Source: Eledone cirrhosa | Taxonomy: Eukaryota | DNA: 64,000 bases | Direction of reading: 5' to 3' | Assembly (NCBI GenBank): GCA_964016885.1 | Contig: OZ024765.1 | Span: forward strand, 7,316,001-7,380,000 | Shown here: positions 63,001 through 64,000 of the stretch, in pieces | Layout: every line of letters begins with the position of its first letter | How positions within the stretch are numbered: the stretch's first letter is position 1 | Notes under the pieces: model-generated | Told to the model about the DNA's origin: nothing | Seen by the model: the letters and a program-made list of their open reading frames with translations, nothing else | The model's database searches: none | Position numbers and translations under genes: made by a program

Positions 63001-63970
63001 AGATCGCTGAAGCTCACGGTGGAGATGACGAAGGACCGTGACAAGTGGAGAGATGCTGTGCTGAATAGTACCCATCCCACCCTTGCAAGCAGGGAAAAGC
63101 GTATGTAAAATGATGATGATGATGATATATATATATATATGTGTGTGTATGTGTATGTCTGTGTGTGTATATATGTGTGTGTGAGTGTCTATGTATGTGT
63201 GTGTATGTATACATATATATATCATCATTTTACATCCGCTTTTCCCTGATGGAATCAGAGTCTTGTCCTCTTTCCTACTTATCATTTTCAAATGGCCCCC
63301 TTAAATATTCAACTTGTTGGGTGTGCGCCCCACTTTGGGAATCACTGGGTTAAACGTATCAAGTCTTTTTAGGTAACAGTATTTTTGTTGTTGTTGTACA
63401 TGTATGCCCTTATTCACTTATGCTCCAGTTCCTTGTCTAAAGTCTGTCTCAAGCCCAGAAGCTCATTAGGCCAGTGCTTATCCCGGATTTTGTGGTGTTA
63501 AATGATTGAGAGTACAAGACTCCCTCCCTTGGACAGGACACCAGTCCATCGCAAGCTTGGAAGCTCATCAGGCCAGTGCTTCTCCTGGACATGATGCCAG
63601 TTCATCGCAGGGTTAAACCCCCAGCTATTACTGGTACTCATTTTCAGCTGAGTATACTGGAGCAACATGAAATGAGGTGTTTTGCTCAAGAACACAACAC
63701 AACGCAGCCCAGTCCAGGAATCAAACCTACAACATTATCATCATAAGTTGAACACCCTTACCACTAGACCAAGTGCCTCCAGTTCCTTGCCTAATACAGA
63801 ATTTCTTTTTTTGGTCCTAGCGTGAAGCAATGAGTCCAATGACCGGACGAGAAGCTGTTGAGTATTACATCACACACAGTTACTTAAATCACCAAGAACG
63901 CATGTACTTTAATCGGGCACCTTCCGTATATTTTCATCCCTATGATCTGATCCCTGTACCAAAATACATG
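37788..63970 (+). CDS. DNHD1: Dynein heavy chain domain-containing protein 1-like, N-terminal 415 aa, 3'-partial; exons 37788-37803, 39552-39753, 44147-44251, 47613-47712, 48445-48546, 54052-54372, 57338-57428, 60269-60336, 62447-62536, 63821-63970
   Basis: Ten exons joined by GT-AG introns in consistent phases (1,2,2,0,0,0,1,0,0) with no stops. From memory, YFNRAPSVYFHPYDLIPVP resembles human DNHD1 YLNVAPSRYFRPYSLMVVP; WKFLQEILLLVEPFAGHL and PLNLLDLGKNLAKVACEIVTYETFW resemble the upstream DNHD1 blocks in the same order. Identity not checked by search. Confidence 0.8.
39135..39512 (-). mobile_element. Nin/Deu-domain-like SINE (other copies at ~1-245 and 63435-63780)
   Basis: ggacaggatgccagtcca...tactcattttcagctgag...gctcaagaacacaacac, recognised from memory of this SINE superfamily. 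Confidence 0.6.
39552..39753 (+). CDS. DNHD1: DNHD1-like exon 2 (LENPPATFEIFEE...GWMKPLRI)
   Basis: tctag acceptor, gtaggt donor, open frame, phase 1/2. Confidence 0.8.
39936..41025 (-). mobile_element. CR1 3' fragment (second subfamily) with fourteen 61 bp repeats (40117-40970)
   Basis: Same 3' UTR and tail as 30831; variant unit ggttttaaaggatgcagtgtcccggcag. Confidence 0.9.
41309..42592 (+). mobile_element. piggyBac-like MITE with a 62 bp segment amplified 18 times (41321-42436), inserted in a LINE fragment
   Basis: TTAAccctttagcattta left end, taaatgctaaagagttga right end; LINE peptide resumes on the other side (YDCDLEPQTT). Confidence 0.88.
42641..44122. repeat. (CCA)n-based array ending ~25 bp before DNHD1 exon 3
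   Basis: Direct reading. Confidence 0.97.
44147..44251 (+). CDS. DNHD1: DNHD1-like exon 3 (MLESLQQNGELKY...CLEVN)
   Basis: gacag acceptor, gtaggt donor, phase 2/2. Confidence 0.85.
44323..45284 (-). mobile_element. Possible non-autonomous Helitron
   Basis: Minus strand A|TCtgtatatatataaa 5' end and GC-rich end with CTAG near 44323; hairpin weak. Confidence 0.4.
45477..47298 (-). mobile_element. Second copy of the 40007-41215 block (CR1 3' end plus adjacent LINE piece) with twenty-four 61 bp repeats (45590-47053)
   Basis: Flanks nearly identical to 40007-40117 and 40971-41215. Confidence 0.9.
47325..47519 (-). mobile_element. Unamplified copy of the piggyBac-like MITE
   Basis: tttagcattta...taaatgctaaagggtta TIRs. 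Confidence 0.75.
47613..47712 (+). CDS. DNHD1: DNHD1-like exon 4 (STKSDSMWKFLQEILLLVEPFAGHLQLSEWKNE)
   Basis: tttag acceptor, gtgagc donor, phase 2/0. Confidence 0.88.
47733..48126. repeat. (CCA/CTA)n array just after the DNHD1 exon 4 donor
   Basis: Direct reading. Confidence 0.95.
48445..48546 (+). CDS. DNHD1: DNHD1-like exon 5 (IMHYLRRISDVF...KSLFPQ)
   Basis: ttccag acceptor, cag|gtaag donor, phase 0/0. Confidence 0.88.
48654..51820 (+). mobile_element. Full-length Tigger/pogo DNA transposon with two nested SINEs (~48737-49085, ~50711-51038)
   Basis: TIRs cagtggctcctcgatatacagta / taccgtatatcgaggactcactg, TA target duplication. Confidence 0.92.
49478..51566 (+). pseudogene. Tigger transposase (CENP-B HTH plus DDE_1), ~586 aa, interrupted by one SINE insertion
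   Basis: Open 49478-50710 and 51039-51566; FKASKGWFDKFK, NYDETG, VDNAPSH, QPMDQ; the halves join as KKLWPAC|VNDFQGF. Confidence 0.9.
51836..52047 (+). mobile_element. CR1 reverse transcriptase internal fragment
   Basis: SGVPQGSVLGPLLFVAYINDI. Confidence 0.85.
52397..54012 (+). repeat. Tandem array of ten ~164-166 bp SINE-derived units
   Basis: Each unit has B-box, body and tail of the tRNA-SINE; near-identical. Confidence 0.95.
54052..54372 (+). CDS. DNHD1: DNHD1-like exon 6 with Thr/Pro/Val-rich repeat
   Basis: cttcag acceptor, gtatgt donor, 107 codons, phase 0/0. Confidence 0.8.
54460..54855 (-). mobile_element. R4/Dong-clade LINE fragment, restriction-like endonuclease domain
   Basis: ENNQVKVLWDFRIQTD...NRSDLVV...IVDVACPFD...EKINRYQDL...VIPIVIGALG. 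Confidence 0.85.
54930..56715 (+). mobile_element. Cluster of tRNA-derived SINE copies, including a triplicated ~115 bp 3' part
   Basis: SINE consensus repeated; full copy at ~54930-55115. Confidence 0.85.
57338..57428 (+). CDS. DNHD1: DNHD1-like exon 7 (DRESIIVTPKPLNLLDLGKNLAKVACEIVT)
   Basis: ttccag acceptor, gtaagt donor, phase 0/1. Confidence 0.88.
57780..58105 (+). mobile_element. Young composite SINE, near-identical to the copy nested in Tigger at 48737-49085 (opposite orientation)
   Basis: Reverse complement matches across ~330 bp; tRNA-like head and RTE-like tail. Confidence 0.75.
58330..59320 (-). mobile_element. CRE-clade-like LINE endonuclease fragment with nine 79-80 bp repeats (58425-59120)
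   Basis: PVAVETSG...EPRAMEWLIQRLSLAILRSIAFSIL resembles the RLE C-terminus (QRLSxAxxRGNA). Confidence 0.7.
59385..60218. repeat. (CCA)n-based array ending ~50 bp before DNHD1 exon 8
   Basis: Direct reading. Confidence 0.95.
60269..60336 (+). CDS. DNHD1: DNHD1-like exon 8 (YETFWKESFGLTTQIFNTCLPEE)
   Basis: ctgtag acceptor, gtaaga donor, phase 1/0. Confidence 0.88.
60528..61360 (+). mobile_element. Non-autonomous Helitron with nested SINE
   Basis: A|TCtatattatatataaa 5' end, (GTTT)n, 3' cagcaaggcgcggg...CTAG|T. Confidence 0.7.
61733..61771 (-). ncRNA. Minimal type I hammerhead ribozyme motif (mirror copy)
   Basis: Minus strand tgaac-CTGAAGA-t-tgc-gaaa-gca-t-GAAA-gtac-TT-gttca; stem I perfectly paired. 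Confidence 0.62.
61841..61879 (+). ncRNA. Minimal type I hammerhead ribozyme motif
   Basis: tgaac-CTGAAGA-t-tgc-gaaa-gca-t-GAAA-gtac-TT-gttta. Confidence 0.6.
62447..62536 (+). CDS. DNHD1: DNHD1-like exon 9 (IIKYEPPVETFENS...KREAK)
   Basis: Pyrimidine tract plus gaag acceptor, gtgagt donor, 30 codons, phase 0/0. Confidence 0.75.
62650..63125 (+). mobile_element. RTE-clade LINE 3' fragment with (GAT)n tail
   Basis: VRSAMLHGSETW...LRWYGHVMRM...RGRGRPQKTW. Confidence 0.9.
63821..63970 (+). CDS. DNHD1: DNHD1-like exon 10 (REAMSPMTGREAVEYY...YFNRAPSVYFHPYDLIPVPKYM)
   Basis: cctag acceptor, gtaggt donor, 50 codons; N-terminal motif of single-headed axonemal dyneins. Confidence 0.88.
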
Positions 63971-64000
63971 GTAGGTATCCTTTAAGATTATGTCAGCTCA

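Overview
Repeat-rich eukaryotic genomic DNA, most likely an octopod cephalopod (inferred from the abundant tRNA-headed SINE family). Two spliced genes could be rebuilt by hand, head-to-head, with every GT-AG junction in matching phase. On the minus strand is a secreted, catalytically intact amidase-type peptidoglycan recognition protein (PGRP): 5 coding exons at 28044-6822, 273 aa, with an extra Cys-containing N-terminal module. On the plus strand are the first 10 exons (415 aa) of a DNHD1-like dynein heavy chain gene, starting at 37788 and running off the window. Introns and the intergenic region hold SINEs, CR1/RTE/R4-Dong/CRE LINE fragments, Helitrons, hAT/piggyBac/Ginger-type MITEs and a nearly intact Tigger transposon. 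There are also Penelope-type minimal hammerhead motifs, a ~4 kb tandem duplication, and many tandem arrays that visibly arose from pieces of these elements. Almost all long ORFs in the ORF track are repeat artefacts. No prokaryote-type system (CRISPR, operon) is present.
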